DNA from: an uncultured beta proteobacterium
GTDB lineage: Bacteria > Pseudomonadota > Gammaproteobacteria > Burkholderiales > JAEUMW01
Direction: 5' to 3'
NCBI GenBank assembly: GCA_963734295.1
Contig: CAVTGS010000021.1
Span: forward strand, 4,892 to 68,891
DNA length: 64,000 bases
Part shown: positions 10,423 through 22,072 of the stretch, in pieces
How the letters are laid out: each line of letters begins with the position of its first letter
Position numbering within the stretch: position 1 is the stretch's first letter
Position numbers and translations under genes: made by a program
Notes under the pieces: model-generated
Databases searched by the model: none
Told to the model about the DNA's origin: nothing
Seen by the model: only the letters and a program-made list of their open reading frames with translations

Positions 10423-11627
10423 GAGCGCTCCTCTGGCTGCTGGCGCTGGCCGCGCTGGCGGTCGGCCTGACCGTGGCGTCCCGCTATTCGAGCGGCTACG
10501 TGCTGGTGGTGCTGCCGCCCTACCGGGCCGAGCTCTCGGTCAACCTGCTCGTCCTCATCGTGATCGCGGGCTATTTTCTCTTCTATCTGTTGACGCGGTT
10601 CATCGCAAACGCGATCCGGATGCCCGAGCAGGTGCGCAAGTTCCGCGAGTCGCGCCGGCGGGAGCGCGGTCGGCGGGCTCTGAACGATGCGATCGGCGCG
10701 CTCTTCGTGGGTCGCTTCGCGCGGGCCGAGAAGTCCGCGGTCGAGGCCTTCGAGCTCGGCGAGTCGCCGACGCTGGCGGCGGTGGTCGCAGCGCGCGCCG
10801 CACACGAGCTCAAGGCGTTCGAGAAGCGCGATCAGTATCTGGCGCAGGCCACCCGCGAAGACTCGCCCGACACCGATCTCGCGCACGTGGCGCGGGCGGA
10901 GTTGCTCGCCGAGCAGCAGCGCTTCGACGAAGCGCTCGCGTCGCTCGAGGGCGTGCAGCACCAGCACCCGGCGGTGATGCGGCTCGAGCTCAAGCTGCAG
11001 CAGCGGCTCGGCAACTGGGACCGGGTGCTCCAGCTCGCAGCGAGCCTCGGCAAGCGCGGCGTGTACGACGCGCTGCGCGTGCATCAGATCAGCCGCAATG
11101 CGCACATCGAGAACCTGCGCCGCCGCACCCTGGACGCCGCCGGCCTGAAGGAATACTGGCAGAAGATGCCGGGCGAGGAGCGCACCGACAACAAGATCGC
11201 CGCAGTCGCAGCGCAAGCCTTCATCGCGCTCGGCGGTTGCACGGAAGCGCACAGGATCATCGAGGAGAGCCTCGCGGTCGCGTGGGACAGCGGGCTCGTC
11301 GCGCTGTACGGCGAGTGTCTCGGACACGACGTGCGGCGGCAGATCGAGCTTGCCGAGAAATGGCTGCCCGATCACCCCGACGACGCCATCCTGCTGCTTA
11401 CGCTGGGCCGCCTCTGCGCGCGGCAGGAACTCTGGGGCAAGGCGGAGAGCTACCTGGAAGCGAGCCTGTCGGTCGAGCCGAGCTATTCCGCGCACCTGGC
11501 ACTGGCACATCTGAAGGAGCGGCGCGGCATGCTCCAGGCAGCCGCGGAGCACTATCGGAAGGGGCTCGAGCTCGCGCTCTCTCAGGTGAGTTCGAACACG
11601 GGCGGGCGGCGCCGCACCGTGGTGTAA
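10419..11627 (+). CDS. hemY: HemY-family protein (two N-terminal TM helices plus TPR repeats)
   Basis: MRALLWLLALAALAVGL...YRAELSVNLLVLIVIAGYFLFYLL is followed by TPR-like repeats. ATGA overlap with hemX. Only the last 402 codons of track ORF 9441..11627 are real. Confidence 0.85.
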   Translation: MRALLWLLALAALAVGLTVASRYSSGYVLVVLPPYRAELSVNLLVLIVIAGYFLFYLLTRFIANAIRMPEQVRKFRESRRRERGRRALNDAIGALFVGRFARAEKSAVEAFELGESPTLAAVVAARAAHELKAFEKRDQYLAQATREDSPDTDLAHVARAELLAEQQRFDEALASLEGVQHQHPAVMRLELKLQQRLGNWDRVLQLAASLGKRGVYDALRVHQISRNAHIENLRRRTLDAAGLKEYWQKMPGEERTDNKIAAVAAQAFIALGGCTEAHRIIEESLAVAWDSGLVALYGECLGHDVRRQIELAEKWLPDHPDDAILLLTLGRLCARQELWGKAESYLEASLSVEPSYSAHLALAHLKERRGMLQAAAEHYRKGLELALSQVSSNTGGRRRTVV

Positions 11628-11631
11628 GTTC

Positions 11632-12670
11632 TTACACTGCGGTCTTCTTGCGGGCGTCGGTCGCCGTAGTGAAGGCGTCGGAGAAAAAAGCGTCCTCGGG
11701 CAGACGGCAGTGCGTCGTGAAATCGCGGTGCGCCGCTTCCACCATGACCGGCGCGCCGCAGGCGTAGACCTGGTAACCGGAGAGATCGGGGTGATCTTCC
11801 ATGACCGCGCGATGCACGAAGCCCGATACGGCCGCTCCACTCGTCCTCGGGCCGTGCCTCCGACAGCACGGGCACGTAGCGAAAGTTCGGGTGCGTCTCC
11901 ACCCACCCACTGGCCAGCCCATCGAGGTACAGATCGGGACGCGTGCGTGCGCCCCAGTACAGCACCATGGGACGCTCGATGCCGCGGTGAAAGGCGTGCT
12001 CGACCATACCCTTGATCGGCGCGAAGCCGGTGCCGCTCGCGAGGAAGATGATCGGCTTGTCGCTGTCTTCGCGCAGGAAGAAGGTGCCGAAGGGTCCCTC
12101 GAAGCGCAGGATCTCGCGCTCCTTCATGCGGGTGAAGACGTGTTCGGTGAAGGTGCCGCCGGGGTAGTGGCGCAGGTGCAGCTGCAGCAACTCGTCGTCG
12201 TGGGGCGCATTCGCCATCGAGAAGGCGCGCCGCTTGCCGTCCTTGGTCAGGATCTCGATGTACTGCCCGGCCAGGAACTGCAGACGCTCGTTGGCGGGCA
12301 GCCGCAGATGGAGCGCCATGACGTCGGGGGCAAGCCGTTCCATCTTCTGCACTCGACATGGCAGGGTCTTGATCGGGATGTCCCGCACGGCGCTGATCTC
12401 GCGCGATTCGATCACCAGATCCGAGAGCGGGCGCGCCTGGCAGAAGAGGGCGAAGCCCGCTTCGCGGTCGGCGTCGGGCAGCGCCGTGGGCTGGTAGCGG
12501 CCGTAGTCGACCGTGCCTGCCACGATCATCCCCTTGCACGTGCCGCACGCGCCGTCACGGCAGCCGTAAGGCAGCGGGTAGCCCTGGCGCAGCGCCGCCG
12601 CGAGAACGGTTTCGTCGGCCTCCACGTCGAACACGTGGTCGCTCGGTTTGATGGTGACGCGGCGGGTCAT
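11632..12670 (-). pseudogene. 2Fe-2S ferredoxin / FAD / NAD(P) oxidoreductase (CDP-6-deoxy-delta-3,4-glucoseen reductase-like), one frameshift near 11830
   Basis: Motifs present: CRDGACGTCK (plant-type 2Fe-2S), RAFSMAN (FAD), ASGTGFAP (NAD). The C-terminus VYACGAPVMVEAA..F continues in ORF 11632..11922. Confidence 0.85.
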
Positions 12671-12738
12671 GGTGGTCCTTTCGAGTCCGCCCGGGGCGGG
12701 TGGGCCGGCGGCCGGCCGAATTCCTTCACGTTGCGACG

Positions 12739-13618
12739 ATGCGAAGATTGTTGATCGTAGGCTGCGGCGACGTGGCGCTCCGCGCCGCGCCGCTGCTCGC
12801 CCGGCGCTATCGCCTGTATGGCCTGTCGCATCGGCCGGAGCACCGTGCCGCCCTGCGCGAGCGCGGCATCACGCCCATCGCCGGCGATCTCGACGACCGC
12901 CGCCGGCTGCGGCGCCTTGCCGGTGTGGCGCACGATGTCCTGCACCTCGCACCGCCGCCCCCGCGCGGGCGCAAAGACGAACGCACCGCGCGACTCCTGG
13001 CGGCTCTTTGCGGCCGCGGAAGTCTACCACGGCGATTCCTGTACATCAGTACCTCCGGGGTCTATGGCGACTGCCGCGGCGCGCTGGTCCCGGAGACCCG
13101 TCGGGTCGCCCCCGGCACCGATCGCGCACGCCGTCGGGTCGATGCGGAGCGCAGGCTGCGCGCGTTCCAGCGCCGCACCGGGGTCCCGGTCTCGGTCCTG
13201 CGCGTGCCCGGCATCTATGCGGCGGATCGACTGCCCGCTGCCGCGCCTGCGGGCCGGTACCGCCGCGCTCGTGCGCGACGAAGACGCGTTCTCGAACCAC
13301 GTTCACGCCGATGATCTCGCACGCATCTGTGCCGCGGCCTTGCGGAAAGGGCGGCCGGGGCGCGTCTATCACGCGGTGGACGAGAGCGAGCTGCGCATGG
13401 GCGACTATTTCGATGCCGTGGCCGATGCGTTCCACCTTCCACGGCCGCCGCGCGTGACCTGGGAGGTGGCGCAGGCAACCCTTTCGCCGGAGCTGCTCTC
13501 CTTCATGGGTGAATCCCGCCGGCTTTCCGGCGCTCGGCTGCACCAGGAACTCGGCGTGCGGCTGCGCTATCCCACGGTTGCGAGCGCGCTCGCAGAGCTG
13601 ACCGGGGAAACCCGTTAG
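12739..13618 (+). pseudogene. NAD-dependent epimerase/dehydratase (SDR) family protein, one frameshift near 13230
   Basis: MRRLLIVGCGDVA (Rossmann) ...YISTSGVYGD... continues in the second frame as ...FSNHVHADDLARI...VYHAVDESELRMGDYF. Confidence 0.75.
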
Positions 13619-13636
13619 AATCGAGCGTGATCGTCG

Positions 13637-13993
13637 ATGACCGCCGTGGACATCCTTCTCATCTTCACCAATCTACCCGACCGCGCGAGCGCGCTTGGCC
13701 TGGCGCGGGATCTGGTCGAGGCGCGTTGTGCCGCCTGCGTGAACGTGCTCGGCGGTTGCACATCGGTCTACCGCTGGCAGGGCGAGATCGAGACGGCGGA
13801 AGAGGTCCCGGTGCTCATCAAGACCCGGTCGGCCCTTTACGGTGCGGTGGAGCAGGCGATTCGGGCGCGGCATCCGTACGACGTTCCCGAGATCATCGCG
13901 GTGCCCGTGTCGCAGGGGCTGCCGTCTTATCTCGAATGGGTGGAGACGGCGACCCTGCCTCCTGCCTCGGACCGCATAGCTGGCGCGGATTAG
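13637..13993 (+). CDS. cutA: Divalent-cation tolerance protein CutA
   Basis: 118 aa. LLIFTNLPDRASALGLARDLVEARCAACVNVLGGCTSVYRWQGEIETAEEVPVLIKT...HPYDVPEIIAVPV is a canonical CutA1 sequence. Confidence 0.92.
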   Translation: MTAVDILLIFTNLPDRASALGLARDLVEARCAACVNVLGGCTSVYRWQGEIETAEEVPVLIKTRSALYGAVEQAIRARHPYDVPEIIAVPVSQGLPSYLEWVETATLPPASDRIAGAD

Positions 13994-13994
13994 C

Positions 13995-15812
13995 GTGATC
14001 GGCATCCGGCTTCTCGTCCTTCTGTGGTTCGCGACCTTTGTCGTCGCGGCCAACGCGGCGGGCGGCGCGGGTGACGCCCTCAAAGCTTTCGGTAGTGGCC
14101 AATCGGAACCTGACTTCCTTCCGCCCGAAAAGGCGTTTCGGGGTCGAGGCGACGATGCGCGACGCGAGTTCCGCCGTCGTGCGTTTCGCGCCGGCTCCGG
14201 GCTATTACCTGTACAAGGAAAAGCTCGCGTTCCGTGCGGACGGCTCGGGCGGGGCAGCGGTCGCCGGCGTCGCCCTCCCCGCCGCGGAGGTGAAGCAGGA
14301 TCCTACCTTCGGCTCTACCTACGTCTACCACGAGCCCTTCGAAGCCGTGATCGAGTTGAGCGGCGGCGGCGGCGGCCCGCACCACTCTTGCGGTCGATTA
14401 TCAGGGCTGCGCCGAGCAGGGGCTCTGCTATGCACCCATGACGAAGACCTTCGCGCTGGATTTTGCGGGTCGTTCGGCGACGCCGCTGCCGGCGGCGGTG
14501 CACGGACGGCACCGTCGCCGAGGACAGCCGCATCGCCGTGACCCTGCGCGACGGCAGCCTGTGGGCATCGGTCGCAGCCTTCTTCGGGTTCGGGCTGCTG
14601 CTGGCGCTGACGCCCTGCGTGTTTCCCATGATCCCGATCCTGTCCGGCATCATTGCCGGGCAGGCGCATGCGGGGCTCTCGCATACCCGCGGTTTCATAC
14701 TCGCGCTGGCGTATGTGCTCGGCATGGCGCTGACCTACGCCGCGGCCGGGGTCGCGGCCGGGCTCTCCGGTACCATGCTGTCGGCCGTCCTCCAGAGTCC
14801 CTGGGTGCTGGTCACCTTCGCGGCGATCTTCGTGCTGCTCGCCTGCTCCATGTTCGGCCTCTACGACCTGCAGCTGCCGACCGTGCTCCAGAGCAAGCTC
14901 GCCGCAGAGGCCAACCGGCTGCATGGCGGCCACTTCGCGGGGGTGTTCGGCATGGGGTCGGTGTCGGCCCTGATCGTCGGCCCCTGCGTGGCCCCGCCCC
15001 TGGCGGGTGCGCTGCTCTACATCTCGCAGACGCGCGAGGCGTTGCAAGGCGGCGCCGCGCTCTTTGCCATGGGCCTCGGCATGGGTGTGCCACTGCTCCT
15101 CATCGGGGCCACGGGCGGCGCGGTATTGCCGCGGTCGGGGCCCTGGATGGAAGCAGTCAAGCAGGTGTTCGGGGTGGTAATGCTCGGCGTCGCGATCTGG
15201 CTCGTCTCGCCGCTACTGCCCGCGGTGGTGGTCATGCTCGCCTGGGCAGCGCTTTTCATCTGCTCGGCGATTTTCCTGCACGCCATCGACCCGCTGCCGC
15301 ACGGGGCCTCCGGCTTTCGCAAGCTCTGGAAGGGCATGGGCGTGATTGCCCTCATGGTCGGCGTGGCCTTGCTCGTGGGCGCCCTGTCCGGCGGTCGGGA
15401 CGTGCTGCAGCCGCTCGCCGGACTGCGCGCCGCGGGAGGCGGCCCGGAGCAGGCGCTCCAGTTCCAGCGGGTACGCAACGTGGGAGAACTGGAAGCGCGT
15501 CTCGCGCAGTCGCGTGGCACGCCCGTGATGCTCGACTTCTACGCCGACTGGTGCGTCGCCTGCAAGGAAATGGAGCGCTTCACGTTCACGGACGACCGCA
15601 TCCGCGCCCGGCTCGACAAGTTCGTCCTGCTGCAGGCGGACGTGACCGACAACACCGCGGAGGACCGTGCGCTCATGCAGCGCTTCAGCCTGTTCGGCCC
15701 TCCCGGGTACATCTTCTTCTCGGCGGCGGGGAACGAGATCTCGGGGCTACGCGTGACCGGCTTCAAGCCCGCCGACATCTTCCTGGACATCCTGAAGCAG
15801 GTCAGCGGCTGA
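13995..15812 (+). pseudogene. dsbD: Thiol:disulfide interchange protein DsbD, at least 3 frameshifts (about 14135, 14385, 14500)
   Basis: Successive frames give FLPPEKAFR / APAPGYYLYKEKLAF..QDPTFGSTYVYHEPFE / LAVDYQGCAEQGLCYAPMTKTF / LTPCVFPMIPILSG...FYADWCVACKE (C-terminal thioredoxin fold). Confidence 0.9.
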
Positions 15813-16348
15813 TGAGCAAGCTGCGGTGGGCCGCGCTCGCCGCGGCGGTGGCGATCGTCGCCGCCGTCGCCGGGGTTGCCGTCCGCAGCCTCTTGCTCGA
15901 CGACGTGAAGCCCCCCGCAGCCGCAGCCGCGTCCGGCGACATGCTCGAGGCAGCCTTCGCCGACCTCGCGGGAACGCCGCAGCGCCTCGACCAATGGCGC
16001 GGGAAGGTGCTGGTCGTGAATTTCTGGGCGACCTGGTGCCCGCCCTGCCTCAAGGAGATTCCCGAGTTCATCCGGATGCAGAACCGGTATCGCGAGCAGG
16101 GGCTCCAGTTCGTCGGCATAGCCATCGACCAGCCGGACAGAGTGGCGGCGTTCGCCGACGAGATGCGTTTCAACTACCCCGTGCTGATAGGCGCCCTCGA
16201 AGCGGTGGAGCTCCTGCGCGCGCTCGGCAATCAGCACGGCGGCCTGCCGTTCACGGTGGTGTTCGACAGGAGCGGTGCCATCGTCGCAACGGAGCTGGGA
16301 GCGTTCGACGAGCCGAAGTTATCGCGGCTTATCGAACCACTTCTGTGA
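15812..16348 (+). CDS. TlpA/ResA-like periplasmic thioredoxin (thiol:disulfide oxidoreductase)
   Basis: [19 protein letters not shown] anchor followed by [23 protein letters not shown]-type overlap with the dsbD stop. Confidence 0.85.
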   Translation: MSKLRWAALAAAVAIVAAVAGVAVRSLLLDDVKPPAAAAASGDMLEAAFADLAGTPQRLDQWRGKVLVVNFWATWCPPCLKEIPEFIRMQNRYREQGLQFVGIAIDQPDRVAAFADEMRFNYPVLIGALEAVELLRALGNQHGGLPFTVVFDRSGAIVATELGAFDEPKLSRLIEPLL

Positions 16349-16446
16349 CGTTCGCGGCATATTGTGAGATTTTCGGCGCGCCGCGTGCTTCCGGCAGGCG
16401 CAGCGCGGACTGGACGAACTGTGCCGAACTGCGTCAAACTGCGAGG

Positions 16447-16908
16447 ATGTCAGCCGCCGCCCCGCAGCATATTCTCGTCCTGCACGGCCCCAATCTGAAT
16501 CTTCTGGGGACGCGCGAGCCGGAACATTACGGGCGCGTCACACTGGCGGAAATCGACGAGCGGCTCGACCGCCGTGCAGCAGCAGCGGGGGTGCGGCTCG
16601 CAGCGTATCAGAGCAATTCCGAAGGCGAGCTGGTCGACCGGGTGCACGCAGGATCACGTTCCGGAGTCGACTTCGCGATCGTCAATCCGGCTGCGCTCAC
16701 GCACACGAGTGTTGCGCTGCGTGACGCCCTGGCGTCGGTGGCTCTTCCCTTCGTCGAGGTTCACCTGTCCAATGTCTTTGCCCGCGAGGCCTTCCGCCAT
16801 CACTCCTATTTCAGCGATATCGCGGTCGGCGTGATCTGCGGGCTCGGCGCTCGCGGCTACGAGCTCGCCCTCGAGTTCGCGCTCGATTATCCCCTCAGGA
16901 GGCTGAGC
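16447..16908 (+). CDS. aroQ: 3-dehydroquinate dehydratase type II; no in-frame stop before accB as assembled
   Basis: [21 protein letters not shown]...[14 protein letters not shown]...[18 protein letters not shown]...[21 protein letters not shown]. The frame runs straight into the accB ATG at 16909. A TGA sits in the +1 frame at 16904-16906. Confidence 0.88.
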
Positions 16909-17353
16909 ATGGATCTGCGCAAGCTGAAGAAGCTGATCGACCTCGTAGAGCAGTCCGGGATCGCCGAGCTCGAGATCACTGAAGGTGAGGAGCGGGTCCG
17001 CATCGCCCGCGTGGGCGCCGCAAGGCCCGGCACAAATCGTCGGCAACGGACCCCAGGCCGCGGCTCCGGTCGCAGCCGGCGGGCAGCCGGTGGCTGCGGC
17101 CGCCGCCGCAGAGCCAGAGGGGCACGTGGTGAAGTCGCCGATGGTGGGCACCTTCTACCGCGCCCCCTCGCCCGGCGCGCCCACCTTCGTGGAGGTGGGT
17201 TCCCAGATCAAGGAGGGGGAGACCCTCTGCATCATCGAGGCGATGAAGCTCCTGAACGAGATCGAGTCGGACAAGACCGGGGTCGTGAAGGCGATCCTCG
17301 TCGAAAACGGCCAGCCGGTCGAGTTCGGTGAACCTTTGTTCGTGATCGGCTAA
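16909..17353 (+). pseudogene. accB: Biotin carboxyl carrier protein of acetyl-CoA carboxylase, one frameshift near 17020
   Basis: [34 protein letters not shown] continues in the second frame as ...[45 protein letters not shown] (biotinyl-Lys motif EAMK). Confidence 0.92.
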
Positions 17354-17440
17354 CGTTCCGGTGGCCCCGGTACGCCGCTCGCCGCGCCGTGGGTAGAACG
17401 GCCGGCCGATCCTGATACTGCGCCGCCTGCTGACGCTCCC

Positions 17441-18800
17441 ATGTTCGAGAAGATCCTGATCGCCAACCGCGGGGAGATCGCGCTGCGCGTCCAGCGCGCC
17501 TGCCGCGAGCTCGGCATCAAGACGGTCGTGGTGCACTCCGAGGCGGACCGCGAGGCCAAGTACGTGCGCCTGGCCGACGAGTCGGTTTGCATCGGTCCAC
17601 CGCCGTCCTCGGCGAGAGCTACCTCAACATCCCGGCCATCATCAGCGCGGCCGAGGTCACGGACGCCGAGGCCATCCACCCCGGCTACGGCTTCCTGTCC
17701 GAGAACGCGGACTTCGCCGACAAGGTCGAGCGGAGCGGTTTCGTGTTCATCGGTCCGCGGCCCGAAACCATCCGCCTCATGGGCGACAAGGTGAGCGCGA
17801 AGCAGTCGATGAAGCGCACCGGCGTGCCGTGCGTGCCCGGCAGCGAAGGGCGCGCTGCCCGAAGCGCCGGCGGAGATCGTCAAGATCGCGCGCGCCATCG
17901 GCTATCCGGTCCTCGTCAAGGCCGCGGGCGGCGGCGGCGGGCGCGGGATGCGCGTCGTCCACACCGAAGCCGCACTGCTCAACGCCGTGGCGACCACGCG
18001 CGCCGAGGCCCAGGCTGCCTTCGGCAACCCCATGCTCTATCTGGAGAAGTTCCTGGAGCGGCCGCGGCACATCGAGATCCAGGTGCTGGCCGACGAGCAC
18101 CGCAATGCGGTGTACCTGGGCGACCGCGACTGCTCCATGCAGCGCCGGCACCAGAAGATCATCGAGGAAGCGCCCGCCCCCCACGTGAGCGCCCGCGAGC
18201 GCGCCCGCATCGGCGAGCGCTGCGCGGAGGCGTGCCGCAAGATCAGCTATCGCGGCGCCGGCACCTTCGAGTTCCTGTACCAGGACGGCGAGTTCTACTT
18301 CATCGAGATGAACACGCGGGTGCAGGTCGAGCACCCGGTGACCGAGATGATCACCGGCATCGACATCGTGCAGGAGCAGATCCGCATCGCTGCGGGCGAG
18401 CGGCTGCGGATTCAGGCAGCGCGACATCAGCTTTCGCGGCCATGCGCTCGAGTGCCGCATCAACGCCGAGGATCCCTACAAGTTCACGCCCTGCCCCGGG
18501 CGCATCGTCTCCTATCACCCGCCCGGCGGTCCCGGCATCCGCGTCGACACCCACATCTACGCCAACTACGTCGTACCGCTCCCACTACGACTCGCTGATC
18601 GGCAAAGTGATCGCTTACGGCGAGAACCGCGACCAGGCGATCGCCCGGATGCGCATCGCACTCTCGGAGATGATCGTGGAGGGAATCCAGCACCAACATC
18701 CCGCTGCACCAGCAACTGCTCACGGACGCGAACTTCCTGCGCGGCGGCACCAGCATCCATTACCTCGAACAGAAGCTCGCCGCCAACAAGGGCGGCTGAT
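17441..18800 (+). pseudogene. accC: Biotin carboxylase, at least 5 frameshifts (about 17600, 17845, 18420, 18575, 18690)
   Basis: The AccC sequence can be followed through alternating frames: [17 protein letters not shown] / [29 protein letters not shown] / [34 protein letters not shown] / [20 protein letters not shown] / [13 protein letters not shown] / [17 protein letters not shown]. Confidence 0.93.
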
Positions 18801-18813
18801 CGCAGGAAGATCC

Positions 18814-19719
18814 ATGGCCTGGATCGCCATCCACTTCGTCGTGCCGGGCGACCGCGTCGAACGGGTGTCCGACGCCCTGCTCGAAGGCGGGGCGCTGTCG
18901 GTGGACGCCGCCGACGGCCATGCGGACACCGCGGCCGAAACGCCCATCTTCGGAGAACCCGGCGCGACCGTCTCGCCGTGGCCGGCGACGCGCTTGACGG
19001 CACTCTTCCCGGCCGGCGCGGACGCCACGATGCTCGTGCGACGCGCGCTCGCCGCGTGTGGCATCGACGGCCGAGGTCGAGCTGCACGCCGGGCGAGTGG
19101 ACGACGCCGACTGGGTGCGTCTGACCCAGGACCAGTTCCAGCCGATCCGGATCTCGGATCGGCTCTGGGTCGTGCCCACTTGGCACACGGCGCCCGATCC
19201 GGCCGCGGTGAACGTCGTGCTCGATCCGGGCGTCGCCTTCGGCACCGGCAGTCATCCCGACCACCCGGCTCTGCCTGGCATGGCTGGCGCGCAAGATCGC
19301 GGGCGGTGAGCGCGTGCTCGACTACGGCTGCGGTTCGGGCATTCTCGCGATCGCGGCCATGAAGCTCGGTGCGAGGGAGGCGGTCGGCGTGGACATCGAC
19401 CCGCAGGCGGTGGTTGCGGCCGCCCGCAACGCAGATGAGAATCGCATCGCCGCGCGGTTCGTTGGTCCGGATGCCGAGCGCGGCGGCGAGTACGACATCG
19501 TGGTCGCGAACATCCTCTCGAATCCGCTCCAGGCCCTCGCGCCGCTGCTCGCCGCCCGCGTCCGACGCGGCGGGTGCCTCGTCCTCTCCGGCATTCTCGA
19601 ACCGCAGGCGCAGCACGTGGCGGCGAGCTATGCAAGCGATGCTCCACCTCGCGCCCGCTGCCGTGCTCGACGGCTGGGTGCTGCTCACGGGCACGCGGCC
19701 CGCGAGCCTCGCCACATGA
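18814..19719 (+). pseudogene. prmA: Ribosomal protein L11 methyltransferase, at least 3 frameshifts (about 19075, 19255, 19635)
   Basis: MAWIAIHF... / [38 protein letters not shown] / [35 protein letters not shown] / ..DGWVLLTG. Confidence 0.9.
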
Positions 19720-20528
19720 GCCTCGCGACCCGCTGCCCGGTTTGCGAGGCGTTGTTCCGGGTGACGCCGGACCAGTTGCGGGCGCGCGCCGGACAAGTCC
19801 GCTGCGGGCGCTGCAACGCCGTGTTCGACGGTCTCGCGCATCTGGTTCCGGAGTCCGGAACGCTGCGCCGCCGCAGGACGAGGCGAAACCGGAGACGGTC
19901 GACGCGCCGCTTTCCGCGATCGCATCGCTCGATTTTGCGGGCGGGACCGGGCGCGTGGCGCAAGAGCGCGGCCGCCGCGACGAGCGCCGGCACGTCGGTG
20001 GAACGCCTTCCGGTCACGGCCGCCGCCCCGATTCGACCGACTGGCTGCGCCGGCAGTGGCGACCGGTCGCGGTGTCCGCGCTGCTGCTGGCGCTCCTCGC
20101 GGTGCAGATCGGACTCCGGCAGCGGGACATGCTGGCGGCCGAACATCCGGGCCTGCGCCCGATTCTGGTCGGCCTGTGCGGCATTCTGGGCTGCGAGGTC
20201 GATCTCCCGCGCGCGGTGGACCGCCTGTCGATCGAGGGAGACGAAATGATCGCCGCGGATCCGAAAGACCCGAGCCGCGTCGCTGCTCGTCGCCACGCTG
20301 CGAAACAGCGCTGCGTTCCCGGTGGCGTACCCGTCCCTCGAGCTTTCGCTGCAGAATGCGCAGCGAGGAAATCCTGGCGCGGCGGGTTCTCGGTCCGGCC
20401 GACTATCTGGAGGCCGGCAGCGACGTGGCGCACGGTATCGCCGCGCAAGGCGACGTGAACCTCGGCTCGCGCTCGATACCGGCACGTTGCGGGCAGAGGG
20501 CTATCGCTTGTTCCTGTTCTACCCGTAG
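19716..20528 (+). pseudogene. Zinc-ribbon (MJ0042-type) / DUF3426 membrane protein, several frameshifts
   Basis: MSLATRCPVCEALFRVTPDQLRARAGQVRCGRCNAVFDG zinc ribbon, then a TM segment VSALLLALLAVQI and a DUF3426-like tail ..AFPVAYPSLELSL.. / ..LRAEGYRLFLFYP spread over three frames. Confidence 0.7.
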
Positions 20529-20636
20529 ACCGCGCTGCGGCCGACTAACTTTCACGGGAGCGTCGGGTGAGGCGCGCTACAATCCCGCGTTCCGGCAACC
20601 GCCGTCCATCCCCAACCACCCAAAGAGGAGAAGACC

Positions 20637-21140
20637 ATGGCTCAAGTCACTCTCGGAGGCAATCCGATCAGTGTCGCAGGCACGTTTCCCAAGCCCGGCG
20701 AGCCAGGCGCCGGACTTCAGTCTCGCGACGAAGGATCTTGAAGGACGTCGGGCTCGCCGAGTATGCGGGCAAGCGCAAGGTGCTGAACATCGTGCCCAGC
20801 CTGGACACGCCGGTGTGCGCGAAGAGCACCCGCGTGTTCAACGAGCAGGCGGGCAACATGGCGAACACGGTGGTGCTCGTGATGTCCGCCGACCTGCCTT
20901 TCGCCATGAACCGCTTCTGCAGCACCGAAGGACTCAACAACGTGCGTCACGCTCTCGACCTTCCGCGGCCGCGACTTCCACGGCAAATACGGCGTCGACA
21001 TCACCGACGGCGCATTGCGGGGCGTGACCGCGCGGGCAGTCGTGGTGCTGGACGAGAACAACAAGGTCCTCTATTCCCAGCTCGTGCCCGAGATCAAGGA
21101 GGAGCCCGACTACGCTGCGGCGCTCGCGGCGCTGAAGTGA
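20637..21140 (+). pseudogene. tpx: Thiol peroxidase (Tpx-type peroxiredoxin), at least 2 frameshifts
   Basis: [21 protein letters not shown].. / [47 protein letters not shown] / ..[27 protein letters not shown] good RBS (AAAGAGGAG) precedes the ATG. Confidence 0.9.
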
Positions 21141-22024
21141 TGCGCCGGCCGGCTCGCCAGCGGGCGTTCGGCGACCCGACGCGCTCGCGGCGCTGCTGCT
21201 CGCGACTGTGGTCTCGGTCGTCCATGGCGCGCCCGAGCGGGTCGTCAAGGGCTTCGCAATCCGGAGTCGGTGCTGATCGGGCCGCGCGGCGAGATCTACG
21301 TCTCCCAGATCGGCGAGTTCGCGAAGGACGGCGACGGCAGCGTGGTGCGGGTGAAGCCGGATGGCACCATCCAGCCGTTCGCGTCCGGCCTGAACGACCC
21401 GAAAGGGCTCACCCACGACGGCATCAACCTGTACGTGACCGATCGCGACCAGATCTGGCGGATCGATCCGCAAGGGCAATCGCCACCGTGTTCGTGAACC
21501 GGGCCGCGTTCCCGATGGTGCCGAAGTTCCTGAACGACATCGTCCACGACGGCGCCGGCCATCTCTACGTCTCCGACAGCGGCGCCAAGGGCGTGGGCGG
21601 CGCGATCTTCAGAATCACGCGCCCGCGGCAAGGTCGATCTCGTCAGCAACTCCGCCCTCGACCCGCTGGTGAAAAGTCCCGAACGGCCTCGTGATCGATG
21701 GACCGAACCGCCTGCTGGTGGTCGATTTCGCAACGGGCGACCTGTACCGCATCTCGCTCAAGACCGGCAAGAGCGAGAAGCTCGCGACGGGCTTCGGCGG
21801 CGGCGACGGCCTCGCGCTCGACCGCAGGCGGCAGCTCTACGTGAGCGACTGGAAGAACGGGCATGTCTGGCGACTGTCCTTGCGCGACCGCAGTCCCAGA
21901 CCCGGTGAAGTACGACCAGCACTTCGAGGCGGCCGCGGACATCACGCTCGACGCCTCCGAGCGCTTTCTCATCGTGCCCGACATGAAGGCGGGGACATTG
22001 ACCTGGCTGCCGGTCAAGCCGTGA
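21140..22024 (+). pseudogene. Secreted beta-propeller protein (SMP-30/gluconolactonase/LRE- or NHL-repeat-like), at least 3 frameshifts
   Basis: Fragments in different frames show propeller-blade repeats: [109 protein letters not shown]. Confidence 0.5.
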
Positions 22025-22072
22025 CCCTGCGACAGGAGCCGCTCGAGACCCGCGCAGCCGCTGCGCGCAGCG

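Noticed and set aside
9441-11627. 728-aa plus-strand ORF spanning hemX and hemY
   Set aside because: The first roughly 325 codons are an Arg/Ala/Gly/Pro-rich out-of-frame shadow of hemX, typical of high-GC DNA. Only the part from the ATG at 10419 (MRALLWLL...) looks like a real protein (HemY).
10335-12548. 737-aa minus-strand ORF antisense to hemY and overlapping the Fd-FAD reductase
   Set aside because: Low-complexity R/P/A/G composition, no recognisable motifs, and entirely antisense or out of frame to well-supported genes. A high-GC shadow ORF.
14438-17331. 636-aa (14438..16348) and 501-aa (15826..17331) plus-strand ORFs
   Set aside because: These are chimeras created by the absence of stops in off-frames. 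Only their in-frame tails are real, corresponding to the TlpA-like protein, AroQ and the start of AccB respectively.
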